DNA from: Opitutales bacterium
GTDB taxonomy: Bacteria > Verrucomicrobiota > Verrucomicrobiia > Opitutales > PNEW01
DNA: 32,000 nt
Direction of reading: 5' to 3'
Assembly (NCBI GenBank): GCA_965219535.1
Contig: CBDCNV010000001.1
Span: 90,001-122,000 of the forward strand
Part shown: positions 1 to 9,400 of the stretch, one piece after another
Layout: every line of letters starts with the position of its first letter
Numbering within the stretch: position 1 is the stretch's first letter
Notes under the pieces: model-generated
Database searches by the model: none
What the model was told of the DNA's origin: nothing
Seen by the model: the letters and a program-made list of their open reading frames with translations, nothing else
Made by a program: the position numbers and the translations under genes

Positions 1-1
1 G

Positions 2-412
2 TACATACAAGACTTATTCGGGTGGGATGAACAGCTCCAGCTCGGGCGTCACAAAGACCGTTTCTCCCAAGAGAACACGAACCTCATTGTGCAAAACGAT
101 ACTGTAGTTGGATGGATTTCCGTGTTAGATCACGGGGATCACACCAAGATTGACGAGTTGTACGTGCTCCCCGAGTTTCAACGCAAGGGAATCGGAACAG
201 CTGTGCTTCAGGAGGTGATCAATCACGTCAAGCTACTCAATGTTCCGTTGCGCCTTAGGGTTTTAGGTATCAATCGTGACGGCATCCGCTTGTACGAAAG
301 ACTCGGATTTGCAAAACAGCATGAAGACGGGCCGTTTCTGTACATGGAACTGAATCTTCTTAAAAAAGAAACGACAGAACCATGGCAAAAGGGGTCAGGC
401 TCTGCATTCTGA
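2..412 (+). CDS. GNAT-family N-acetyltransferase, 5' end cut by the window edge; paralog of 3685..4185
   Basis: The frame is open from position 2 (YIQDLFGWDEQLQLG...). It is collinear with the 3685..4185 product, and the acetyl-CoA-binding-type motif QRKGIGTAVL is present. The last codons and the stop (410-412) lie inside the left inverted repeat of the RAYT unit. Confidence 0.8.
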   Translation, partial: YIQDLFGWDEQLQLGRHKDRFSQENTNLIVQNDTVVGWISVLDHGDHTKIDELYVLPEFQRKGIGTAVLQEVINHVKLLNVPLRLRVLGINRDGIRLYERLGFAKQHEDGPFLYMELNLLKKETTEPWQKGSGSAF

Positions 413-1438
413 CAGTATAGAGATAAGAACCTTATCTTTTCTTATATCTCCCATTTTAAGAGTCTTAATGGAGCGAGAGATGCTATCGGGGTGACCCATG
501 TTCAGTTGTTTACTAATCCATGGATTGGAGGCATTGCTTTTGCGTTTTAAAATCATGGCAATGACAACTTTCCACGGTGCAGATTTTTTATCATTGGCAA
601 TCTCCTTAGTTCCCTTAGCAAGTCTGTTGAGGTAATTTTTAAGTAATACTTCTGCAGATAGACCATTAATATCACCAACCGCTTTGGCTCCCGGTATTTT
701 ATATTTTAATTCTTTATTAAATTGTTTAAAGAGCTGTTTTTTGAAAGACCTGCTACCGATAACCCAACCTTTACACATTTTGGAAAACTGTAACTCCTTT
801 TGGGCCTGTTCATTCATTGACAGCCATAGGAGATATTGCTCATAACTTTTGTGCCCTGAAGGGGTGTCTTTTAAGCCTCCTATCTCTGACAACCAGCTTT
901 CAAATTGACAAAAGGGTGGTCGCTTTCTCTTCCTGAACAATAAGGGATAACTTGACCAACGATACATTCTTAGTTCATCGACAGACACGATGCCAGCACG
1001 TACCGGATTTAAGTGAATATAGTTAACCAGTGCAGCTAAACCTGGCCCTGGCTCAACAAGCAGAGCATAATAACGACCCTGAAAGAGATGACCACTAACT
1101 TTACGATAACGATTAAACTTATTAGCAAATGTGGATTGGAGCCAGTGCATGCCGAAGATTAGATTTGCGTTGGGCGTTTCTATAGCCAGATGAAAGTGGT
1201 TTCTCATAAGGCAGTAGGCATGTAAAACCCAGTGGCTTTTTTCTGCTCCTAAATATAGACAGTTAAGAAATGTCTGTGCAGCTCCCGCACTTTTAAAAAT
1301 ATCCTGACGATAGTTACCGCGGTTTATGATATGATATATCGCTCCTTCAAACTCGTAGCGTGGGAGTCGTGCCATCATATAAATATACGGCTTACCTTAT
1401 ATCATATTAATGTCAGAACGCAGGGCCTGACCCCTTTT
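387..1438 (-). mobile_element. RAYT/IS200-like unit: a Y1 transposase gene bracketed by 27-bp inverted repeats
   Basis: aaaaggggtcaggctctgcattctgac (387-413) matches the reverse complement of gtcagaacgcagggcctgacccctttt (1412-1438) at 25 of 27 positions. Each arm holds a GTCAG-N10-CTGAC hairpin, and both mismatches fall in the loop. Confidence 0.8.
395..1378 (-). CDS. REP-associated tyrosine transposase (RAYT, IS200-like Y1/HUH) with a C-terminal DnaA_C-like HTH extension
   Basis: HUH motif in RNHFHLAIE, the GHLFQGRY motif, and the catalytic-Tyr motif YIHLNPVRAGIV. The C-terminal segment KVVIAMILKRKSNASNPWISKQLNMGHPDSISRSIK resembles a DnaA C-terminal HTH. The stop codon (395-397) lies inside the left IR. 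Confidence 0.85.
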   Translation of the reverse strand: MMARLPRYEFEGAIYHIINRGNYRQDIFKSAGAAQTFLNCLYLGAEKSHWVLHAYCLMRNHFHLAIETPNANLIFGMHWLQSTFANKFNRYRKVSGHLFQGRYYALLVEPGPGLAALVNYIHLNPVRAGIVSVDELRMYRWSSYPLLFRKRKRPPFCQFESWLSEIGGLKDTPSGHKSYEQYLLWLSMNEQAQKELQFSKMCKGWVIGSRSFKKQLFKQFNKELKYKIPGAKAVGDINGLSAEVLLKNYLNRLAKGTKEIANDKKSAPWKVVIAMILKRKSNASNPWISKQLNMGHPDSISRSIKTLKMGDIRKDKVLISILSECRA

Positions 1439-1461
1439 CTAATCAATTTAATTTTCGCTCT

Positions 1462-3039
1462 TCAGTTGTTTGCAGCGACCTTTTCTGTTTTATATAAAAC
1501 TATTCCCTTTTCATCGTAAAAAGTGATACGCGCTAAGGGCTGCTGCTTCCCTTTTCCCGATTTCACCGTTAAGATTAAGAAACCACCCGTGGGTTCTTCA
1601 TTGTGATAGGGTTGTTTGATTTTACCTTCGGGATCGGAGGAATTTGGATCGCCAGGGAGATAACCCATGGTCGCATTGGCGCCAACCAATGCGCCACAGG
1701 AGAATTCTTCAAACCCTGAAGGATGGATGGCGTGATATTGCCAGTGCCGATCTCCACAGATAAGGTAAAAGTTTTTATCGCGAAAGCCGTTCTCGGTAAG
1801 CCATCGGAAAAAAGCTTCTCCCTCATAGCGAAATCCACCGGGATTAACATGGCTATCGCGTTTCTCATCGCCGGCACCGGGACCGATCATTGGCGTGGCA
1901 GAGAGGAGGAATTTAAATACGGTATCGCTTTGTAACAGTGTTTCTTTAAGCCAATTCTTTTGTTTTAATCCCCAAATGCTTTTATTTGGGCCATCCGGCC
2001 TGTCGTTAGCATCGCGATAATCTCTACCTTCGACAAACCAGATCTGAAGCCAATCATTAACCCTGAATGTTCTATAAGTTACTGGATTACTTTCTTCGGG
2101 ATCAACCACCGGGAGTTGTTCTTGAAACATTCTTATACCCAGCTTCGCTGAGGGGAGTGATCCAGAACCTGATACATGCTCATAAATGTTGGTTTTAGGG
2201 TAATAGTCTAAGTTATAATTGCGCTCCACAAGGTAGGGGTTTATGGGATCGGAATCGTTGAAACGAAAATCGTGGTCGTCTTTCATCCAGTAAGTTGCCA
2301 CTTGCTGAAAGAGATCAACAAATCTCGGCTGTGAGAACTGTTCCTGATATTTTCTCCTTATCTGCTGCTGCGTCTCGGCGCGCCCTACAAAGGGACCATC
2401 ATAATAAACATTATCGCCCGTTCCCACAAAGTAATCAGGTTTGAGCTTTAAGATAGAGACGAGAGCTGGATATCCCAGCAGTTTATCTTCACCGCTGCTT
2501 GGGGGAATCTTTTTTTTCACCGCTGCGGGGGGGAATCTTTGTTTTTCCCGACCTGTGTGGTGAAACCTTGAGTAGTGCATTCCAGTAACGACGGCAAAAT
2601 TAATTTCATCATGAGATTTACCCCCCCCATGGGTCTTAAAATTAGAAGTCATTCCCTTTCCTGTGTTTATGGTATCCGAACCGTAGATAACACGGTAGTA
2701 GTAACGCCTACCCGGATCCAAGTCAGTTATTTTTGTCTTAACAATATAATCGTAATCTGGGACTGCTTTTATCCATGGCGTTCGGAAAGATTCTTTAAAG
2801 TCTGGAGTGGTCGAAATTTCAAAACAAGCCCATCCGGTTAAACCAGGAATCCCCGACCACGATTTATCGAAGAGAGGATTCGATGAAGTTATTCGTGTCT
2901 GAAGAATAACACTGTGATCCGAAACTTCACCAGCCATTTGCCCTTGGGCTAATGAGTATGCCTCCAGAAAACCAGCTCCATACTCTATGGTATATATTGC
3001 CAATGATAAAAAAATTATTAAAAATAATTTCAGTTTCAT
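1462..3039 (-). CDS. phoD: PhoD-like alkaline phosphatase/phosphodiesterase, secreted
   Basis: N-terminal signal peptide MKLKLFLIIFLSLAIY. PhoD-type metallophosphatase motifs GDNVYYDG, WMKDDHDF and CGDRHWQYH. Confidence 0.8.
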   Translation of the reverse strand: MKLKLFLIIFLSLAIYTIEYGAGFLEAYSLAQGQMAGEVSDHSVILQTRITSSNPLFDKSWSGIPGLTGWACFEISTTPDFKESFRTPWIKAVPDYDYIVKTKITDLDPGRRYYYRVIYGSDTINTGKGMTSNFKTHGGGKSHDEINFAVVTGMHYSRFHHTGREKQRFPPAAVKKKIPPSSGEDKLLGYPALVSILKLKPDYFVGTGDNVYYDGPFVGRAETQQQIRRKYQEQFSQPRFVDLFQQVATYWMKDDHDFRFNDSDPINPYLVERNYNLDYYPKTNIYEHVSGSGSLPSAKLGIRMFQEQLPVVDPEESNPVTYRTFRVNDWLQIWFVEGRDYRDANDRPDGPNKSIWGLKQKNWLKETLLQSDTVFKFLLSATPMIGPGAGDEKRDSHVNPGGFRYEGEAFFRWLTENGFRDKNFYLICGDRHWQYHAIHPSGFEEFSCGALVGANATMGYLPGDPNSSDPEGKIKQPYHNEEPTGGFLILTVKSGKGKQQPLARITFYDEKGIVLYKTEKVAANN

Positions 3040-3205
3040 ATATTGTAATCCGTAGATGCAACTTTCTGGTTTATTTTAAATCAATTTATCAATGATCTCA
3101 GAGATTCGATTGATAATTATACTTAACCTCCGCTTAAAGTTCGTCCTTTGTTGATAGGGTAGTCAAGTTAGAATGGTATTTCTTACTTTGAATTTGATCC
3201 TCAAC

Positions 3206-3459
3206 CTAAGGAAGATTAAATTGAGAGGGATCATACCCTCTGAGTCGTATTGCTTTTTTAAGCAACTCCATATCTATCTTGGCCCCACGGGTAATATCAT
3301 TTTTATGAAACCAGCCTTGGTTTAATTCCAAAGCAAATTGCAACTCATCACGTCGCGATATTCAGACAAAGTCCTTACCGTCGCCTCTTCATCCTCACCC
3401 ATGAGGCGGCTGTAACCCTCTACGTCAGCGCTGAGAATGGCCGTTAGCTTGCGTTCCAT
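3206..3459 (-). pseudogene. Remnant of a class III adenylate/guanylate cyclase family gene (N-terminal ~35 codons joined out of frame to a short C-terminal tail)
   Basis: The minus-strand ATG at 3459 gives MERKLTAILSADVEGYSRLMGEDEEATVRTLSEYRDVM, a typical start of a cyclase catalytic domain, and then hits a stop. A second frame continues as ELQFALELNQGWFHKNDITRGAKIDMELLKKAIRLRGYDPSQFNLP*. Neither piece reaches 60 aa, so neither is in the ORF track. Confidence 0.5.
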
Positions 3460-3684
3460 GACTGATAGGTTCCTCTTAGTGTGCACTCTGCACAATTCAG
3501 AACAGATCAGACTATTACTGCTGCACTCTGTGTGTCAATTCAGGGTGGAGCCATTGCCAAAGGTGAGTTCAGAATATGCGTTAGCAAATACTCTTGATCC
3601 TATCGCTTCATAGAATAGGATGCCTAATTGGCAGATGTGTAGAGGCTACCTATGATATGTTAGCGGTTAGACAATTCTACTCGG

Positions 3685-4185
3685 ATGCGATCCATGTTGA
3701 AAAAGAGCATATCTGGTCATGAAGACATTCTGTTGAGACAAGCGTCTGTTTCTGATTTTGACTTAACCTTTTCGATCAAAAAGTCAGCCGGTGGTCAGTA
3801 CATACGAGATGTGTTCGGGTGGGATGAACAAGTCCAGCTCGGCTTTCACGAAAAGCAGTTCTCTCCAGAGAACACTTACCTTATTGTGCAGAACGATACT
3901 ATAGCTGGATGGATTTCTGTGTTCGATCATGAGGATCACACCAAGATTGATGAGTTGTATGTGCTCCCCGAGTTTCAGGGAAAGGGAATCGGGACATCTG
4001 TGCTTCAGGTAGTGATCAATCACGTAAAGTTGCGTGATGTTCCGTTGCGCCTCAGAGTTTTTAAAATCAATCACGACGTTATCCGCTTGTACGAAAGACT
4101 CGGATTTACAAAACAGAATGAAGACGGGCCGTTTCTGTACATGGAACTCATTCTTCCAAAGAAAGAATCAAGAGCAGACAGCTAA
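3685..4185 (+). CDS. GNAT-family N-acetyltransferase
   Basis: 166-aa ORF with motif QGKGIGTSVL and the C-terminal LYERLGF. By eye it is about 85% identical in nucleotides to the partial copy at 2..412. The stop codon is embedded in the first bases (acagcTAAccat) of repeat copy A. Confidence 0.85.
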   Translation: MRSMLKKSISGHEDILLRQASVSDFDLTFSIKKSAGGQYIRDVFGWDEQVQLGFHEKQFSPENTYLIVQNDTIAGWISVFDHEDHTKIDELYVLPEFQGKGIGTSVLQVVINHVKLRDVPLRLRVFKINHDVIRLYERLGFTKQNEDGPFLYMELILPKKESRADS

Positions 4186-4270
4186 CCATCACCTTGCCAA
4201 CTAGCCATTCTCGAGCGTCAGCTACTGATGAGAGCGTTTTGATGGGCTGGGGTATAGAGGGGCTATATAA
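4178..4270 (+). repeat. Family-1 intergenic repeat, copy A (short form with a duplicated 5' decamer)
   Basis: acagctaaccat / aactagccat, followed by the core tctcgagcgtcagctactgatgagagcgttttgatgggctggggtata, then a small hairpin tatag-agggg-ctata. Confidence 0.8.
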
Positions 4271-4392
4271 TTAAGCGCCAAAACACCGTGGTAACTCGCT
4301 GTCGGTGATAAGGGTCAATATTGATTATGAATCAACAACTCCTCGCAATATAATACTCTCAGAACTCAAGACACCTAAGCTTATGTATTTGT

Positions 4393-5568
4393 TTACATGA
4401 GGGGCATGCGGATTTCTCCGGGCTTCCAAAGTCTCAGAAAGTAGTGTCCTAAGCCAGATGCCCCATACATATAGTCGGCTGAGTACTGTCCCGGTTCGTC
4501 TGTAGGCCAAGCGTCTCCTTCGGGTAACTCTTCTCTGTATCCGAAGGCCATCTCTGCAAAGACAATGGCATTCTGCAACCAGGATTTTTCCTCAGTGACG
4601 CGGTAAAGTTCGACGAATAATTCCCCGCACCCTGAAAGACCAATGCATTGGGTTATGTTGTTACGGAAGTCGCCATAGGCGAAGGTAGTGGTACCACATT
4701 GCAGCGCAATTTCATAGTAAGAAGTATCCTCAAATATCTCATAGGCGAGTAGAAATACTAGGCCAATCCCTGCAGAACCATGGCTCCACTGGCAGCGATC
4801 GAGTTCCCTCTTTCCAATAACAATAACGGGGTACCAGTTAAAGCCACCTCTGTCTGGACGTGCGTGCTGAACCAAGGTTGCCAGGATTTCACGCGCATTA
4901 CTTGACCACTTTTCATCCCCTGTAGCCTTGTAGAGTAGAAGGAAGAAATAAGCTATACCCGCGATACCGTGTGCAACCCCGGTATACGGAACGGGACCGA
5001 ATTCTCCATCGGGACGTGCCAGGCAGTGGCAACCCTGTTCATCACGTATCAAGTTTTGATCAATCCAATCAGCGCAACGGATCGCCCCATTTAAATACTT
5101 TCGTTGGTTCGTGGCTTCCCATAACCGTATGAGGAAAAACCCGTTTGATGCTGCGCCACCCATTAAGTCCGTAAAAGGTCCAGGGTCTTCTGTCATGATA
5201 ATCCGAGCGCATTCATCGCAATATTCGAGATATTCATCATCTTGAATCAAACGCCATAGGTCGAGAGCAGCCATGGCAATACCAGTTTTTCCTGTTAGGA
5301 GCCCCCGGGAGAAGCTCTTCTCGTGATCTGTGTACATACACCATCGACAGCAACCGATAGCGAGGTCGAGAGCAATAGCTGTTTCGGTCTGACGGTGGTA
5401 CTCTGTTAAAAACAGACTGATGCCCCCTGAGCCATTAAATAGGTTGTAGCTGTAGTGAGGGTTATTCTCGTAGTCGATGGTTCGCCAACGAATGCCAGTG
5501 GGAACTTTTTCCGCAGTACGCTCGATGAAGCTAAAGACTGATTGGACACCTGTTACCGTTGCTTCCAT
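4393..5568 (-). CDS. LanC-like (lanthionine synthetase C-like, alpha/alpha-toroid) protein with an atypical metal-site motif pattern
   Basis: Seven GxxG-type repeats typical of LanC (NGSGGISLFL, TGKTGIAMAAL, GVAHGIAGIAYFF, WSHGSAGIGLVFL, GLSGCGELF, YGASGLGHYFL). The preferred start is the ATG at 5568 (MEATVTG), preceded by AGGGGG 9 nt upstream. The track's longer ORF starts at a TTG at 5619. Confidence 0.7.
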   Translation of the reverse strand: MEATVTGVQSVFSFIERTAEKVPTGIRWRTIDYENNPHYSYNLFNGSGGISLFLTEYHRQTETAIALDLAIGCCRWCMYTDHEKSFSRGLLTGKTGIAMAALDLWRLIQDDEYLEYCDECARIIMTEDPGPFTDLMGGAASNGFFLIRLWEATNQRKYLNGAIRCADWIDQNLIRDEQGCHCLARPDGEFGPVPYTGVAHGIAGIAYFFLLLYKATGDEKWSSNAREILATLVQHARPDRGGFNWYPVIVIGKRELDRCQWSHGSAGIGLVFLLAYEIFEDTSYYEIALQCGTTTFAYGDFRNNITQCIGLSGCGELFVELYRVTEEKSWLQNAIVFAEMAFGYREELPEGDAWPTDEPGQYSADYMYGASGLGHYFLRLWKPGEIRMPLM

Positions 5569-5706
5569 GAGACATTTCCCCCTTGCAAATTGATGTACTT
5601 CACACGATCCGACCGGCAATTAATTTTATAGAAACGTTGTATTCTCAGAGTTTTCGCTAAGCAATATTAAAGTCGAGGTGCTATGACTTAGTTTTACCCT
5701 TTCTCT

Positions 5707-5777
5707 CCTACAGCTAACCATTCACGAACGCTGACGATTGATGAGAGCATTTTGATGGGCTTAGGTATACATTAGAC
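5707..5777 (+). repeat. Family-1 intergenic repeat, copy B (short form)
   Basis: cctacagctaaccattcacgaacgctgacgattgatgagagcattttgatgggcttaggtatacattagac aligns along its whole length with copies A, C and D. Confidence 0.8.
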
Positions 5778-5834
5778 ACCCCTCTCAAATATTTCCTCAA
5801 TCAATCGATGCTTTCTTTATTCTTATAAACTCAC

Positions 5835-6158
5835 TCACTCCTCAACCCCCATTTTCCTCACAAACGTTGAGTCTTCCCACAGCTGGAGGTCATCGATTTT
5901 TTGGAGAACACGGCCGATATACCGGTCGGTGAGCTCTGACTCGGCAGCGTAATGGGCCCATAGATTGTGCAACTCTTCCGTTGTGTACGCAGAAGCCGGA
6001 CCATAATTCGGGTGCAACATCGGCGTTCCGGTGTAATCCGGGTCATAGCGTTTTACCAGATATTCCGGCGGATCCCAGGGTTCGTGAGGATCAAAAAAAT
6101 CGACCCAGAGGAAAAAGGGACCGCTCTGTCGCGTCCGTGCATATTCAACTCCCTCTTG
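5835..6158 (-). pseudogene. Internal fragment of a sulfatase (alkaline-phosphatase superfamily) gene
   Basis: The minus-strand frame reads EYARTRQSGPFFLWVDFFDPHEPWDPPEYLVKRYDPDYTGTPMLHPNYGP...WAHYAAESELTDRYIGRVLQKIDDLQLWEDS, which matches the central region of sulfatases. There is no N-terminal CxPSR active-site region and no C-terminal domain. An in-frame stop lies just upstream at about 6159. Confidence 0.6.
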
Positions 6159-6361
6159 TCATCGCGAGTCCCGCAAGCGCTGGATGTGGCGATCTAGGGG
6201 GTTGTCAACACACGACCGACATCGCCTGGATTACCAGTCGATTACGCTTCCTTCTCAATGACATGAGAAGTTGCATGATATAGGATACAAAGTAATCCTA
6301 GAGGTTTCCACTTTTACGCATACACGCTTATGCGCATCATCGCATATCCCCTTTAGACATT

Positions 6362-6390
6362 TTGACCTTTTGACAGCCCGCAATTAGATT
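6362..6390 (+). promoter_or_regulatory. Candidate sigma70-like promoter (TTGACC-N17-TAGATT) for the 6401 gene
   Basis: TTGACC at 6362-6367 and TAGATT at 6385-6390 with 17-nt spacing. This would give a very short or absent leader. It is a pattern match only. Confidence 0.25.
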
Positions 6391-6400
6391 ATTCACTTAG

Positions 6401-9400
6401 ATGATTAAAATTTTTAAATATTGCGGGCTTTTTCTCCTCACTGGCTGCTGCATCTTCTTCATTACTTATTTCTGGGGGGCTCTGTTGAAGCCTGAACTGG
6501 AACGCGAACCCATTGTCTACAGTCCGGAGTTGATCAAAGAAACGGAGGAATTGAGAGACATCAGTTTCGGTGAAGAAGATTTATACCAGGTGCAGCACAA
6601 TGTCGACTACAACGAGGGTGAATCTGGCCGTTGGTACCCTAAAGGGGAGTCGCCCATCCTTGCTGAACTGGTAGAAGAGGGAAAACTGCCAACTGTCGCC
6701 GAGCGCGTGGGACCTGAACCGGTTGTCATTCAGGGAATAGACGGTCTTGGTAATTACGGTGGCACCTGGTATCTGGTCACAAATAATCCCCAAACCGTAT
6801 TGGATATTAAAGCATGGATGTCAGGCACGACACTCGTGCGCTGGTCACCATTGGGCTATCCCATCGTTCCCCACATCGCCAAAAGGTGGGAAGTTTCACC
6901 CGATAAAAGAGAATGGACTTTCTTCCTGCGCAAGGGTATAAAGTGGTCGGACGGCCACCCATTCACCGCAGACGATATCCTTTACTGGTGGAACGATGAA
7001 GTGAAACGGGAAGCCATTGCTATCCCTGCCTGGATGAAAGTGAAGGGAGAATGGGGGGAGATACTAAAAATCGACTCTCATACCGTGAAATTTGTTTTCC
7101 CGCATCCTCATGGGTTTCTCCTGGAACGGTTGGCTTCGACAATCGATGTTTTTGCGCCCCGACACTACCTTGAAAAATATCATCCCGAGCTTGGCAATGA
7201 TGCGCTTATCAAAGCTGCGATGAAGGCCGATAAAATTCCCACCGGACTTGCCCTTTACGCTACGCTAAAGCTTACCAACAACCCCGACCACCCCCGCTTA
7301 TGGCCTTGGATCTATCGAACCTACAAGCCCAACCCACCCCACGCTTTTGTCCGCAATCCCTATTACTGGGCCGTCGATACCGAGGGTCGTCAACTGCCCT
7401 ATGTCGACCGTTTTATGATCGATGTAAAAACGGAAAAGCTTGTTCCAATCGCTGCCGCAAATGGCGCCATTACGATGCAAACCTTTAATATCTATTTTTT
7501 ACACTACACTTTATTCATGTCGCAACGCGAAGCAGGGGGATATGATGTTTATCATTGGTACCCGTCAGGGATTACGGAGTGGGGTCTCTACCCGAACCTC
7601 AATCGTTATGTCGATCCTCTTGACCCAAGCTCCCAAAAGAAATGGGAATTGCTTAACAATAAGCGCTTTCGGCAGGCGCTGTCTCACGCTATCGATCGAC
7701 AACAGATTATCGATGCCGTCTACTACGGAGTAGGAGAACCTGCACAAAGTTCTCCGGGCAAAGAATCCATTTTTTACCATGAAAAACTCAGGTCCAGCTA
7801 CGTCGAGTACGACCCTGATCGCGCTAACGAGCTGCTCGATGAACTGGGACTCACGGGTCGCGATGCCAAGGGTTATCGCACCTTTAAAGATGGTGCCCGC
7901 ATGGTTTGGTATTTGGATATAATTCCGAACTATGCTGAAGGTCCCGGACCTTTTGTCGCTGAAGATTGGCAAAAGGTTGGCCTTAATACGATTCAGAGAT
8001 TCCGTTCCGCTAACCTATACTCCGTCGAAAATGCTGCTCGCATCTATGATTTTACCATCTCTGGAAATGAAGCGGAATTTAATCCTTTTGTATCACATGA
8101 CCGTTATTCTCCCGGTTCTGTCGCCGCCGCCGGATTTACATTATGGTATCAACTGGGCGGATTATATGGCAATCCCGAGGCCAATATACCGGGTAGTGTT
8201 GAGCCTCCAGTCGATCACCCCCTGAGACGATCGATGGAGCTGCTCGACGCCGCTTTCAGCCTATCTACCCTGGAAGAACAGAGAGACCTTTACCGAGAAA
8301 TTCAGGATATCGCCGCCGATAATCTATGGAATATAAACATCACCATTGGCCAACCCTGGGTGGTGATCGTGAAGAAGGGTTTTAAAAGCGTGCCGCCCAA
8401 TTCGATTTACGGGGCTATTTATCATAGCATTTCCAATGGCGGACATGAAGCTTACTATTTTGAGAAACCTGAAGATTCACCGGGATCAATCGCCCAGATT
8501 AAACGCGAAATGACGGAAATCACTCCCAAGCCAAGTGCCCTCGATGAGGTCACCCTTGAAATCAGAAGGGGCGGGTCTCTCGGCCGATTAGTCCGCCATC
8601 TGATCCTTGGAATCCTCGCGATGGGGATGATTCTCGTTGGATTTAAACATCCCTATGTGGGACGCCGCTTCCTCATTATGGCGCCTACTTTACTTATTAT
8701 CTCGATCATTTCTTTTACTATCATCCAGTTACCTCCTTCAAATTATATCGATTTAAAAATTTTACAGGCTGAATTAGCGAACGATAATCAAGCTAAAATT
8801 GAGGCGGAGCAGCTGCGCGAGATCTTTCCCCTCGATGAACCGGTCCTTACCCAGTACGCACATTGGCTTGGCCTTACCTGGTTTCTCTCCTTCAAGTCCG
8901 AGGACCAGGGACTGCTCCAAGGTCACCTGGGTTTTTCCATGCAAAGCCGAACGCCAGTAAACGATGTCGTGGGTGATCGCATCCTCCTCACCTTTTTAAT
9001 ATCGTTAGGATCTATACTCTTTACCTGGGCGATCGCTTTGCCCATCGGTGTCTACTCTGCCGTCCGTCAGTATTCGATCGGCGATTACCTATTCTCCTTC
9101 CTCGGCTTTATCGGGATGTGCGTCCCCAGCTTCCTTCTCGCCCTGCTCATTATGTACTGGAGCAATGTTTATTTCGGCATAAGCATGACCGGGATATTTT
9201 CTCCGGAATTCGCGGGTCAGCCCGAGTGGTCCTGGGGCAAGATCGCTGACCTTATGCAACACATCTGGGTCCCCGTCGTCGTGCTTGGGGTATCCGGCAC
9301 CGCGAGTATGATCCGGGTGATGCGCGGTAACCTGCTCGATGAATTGAAAAAACCCTATGTCGTTACCGCATTGGCTAAAGGCGTAAGACCGCTTAAACTG

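Noticed and set aside
4221-4256. Copy A of the family-1 repeat contains CTGATGAG, the hammerhead ribozyme core heptamer, raising the idea of a self-cleaving ribozyme family.
   Set aside because: The CU of the motif is not conserved in the other copies (atgatgag, gcgatgag, ttgatgag, gacgtgag). No GAAA core, stem II/III arrangement or cleavage-site context follows.
6318-6336. The hairpin cgcata-cacgct-tatgcg upstream of the ABC fusion gene as a possible operator or attenuator.
   Set aside because: It is a single 6-bp stem with no second half-site, no T-tract and no partner regulator gene nearby, so it is not distinguishable from chance.
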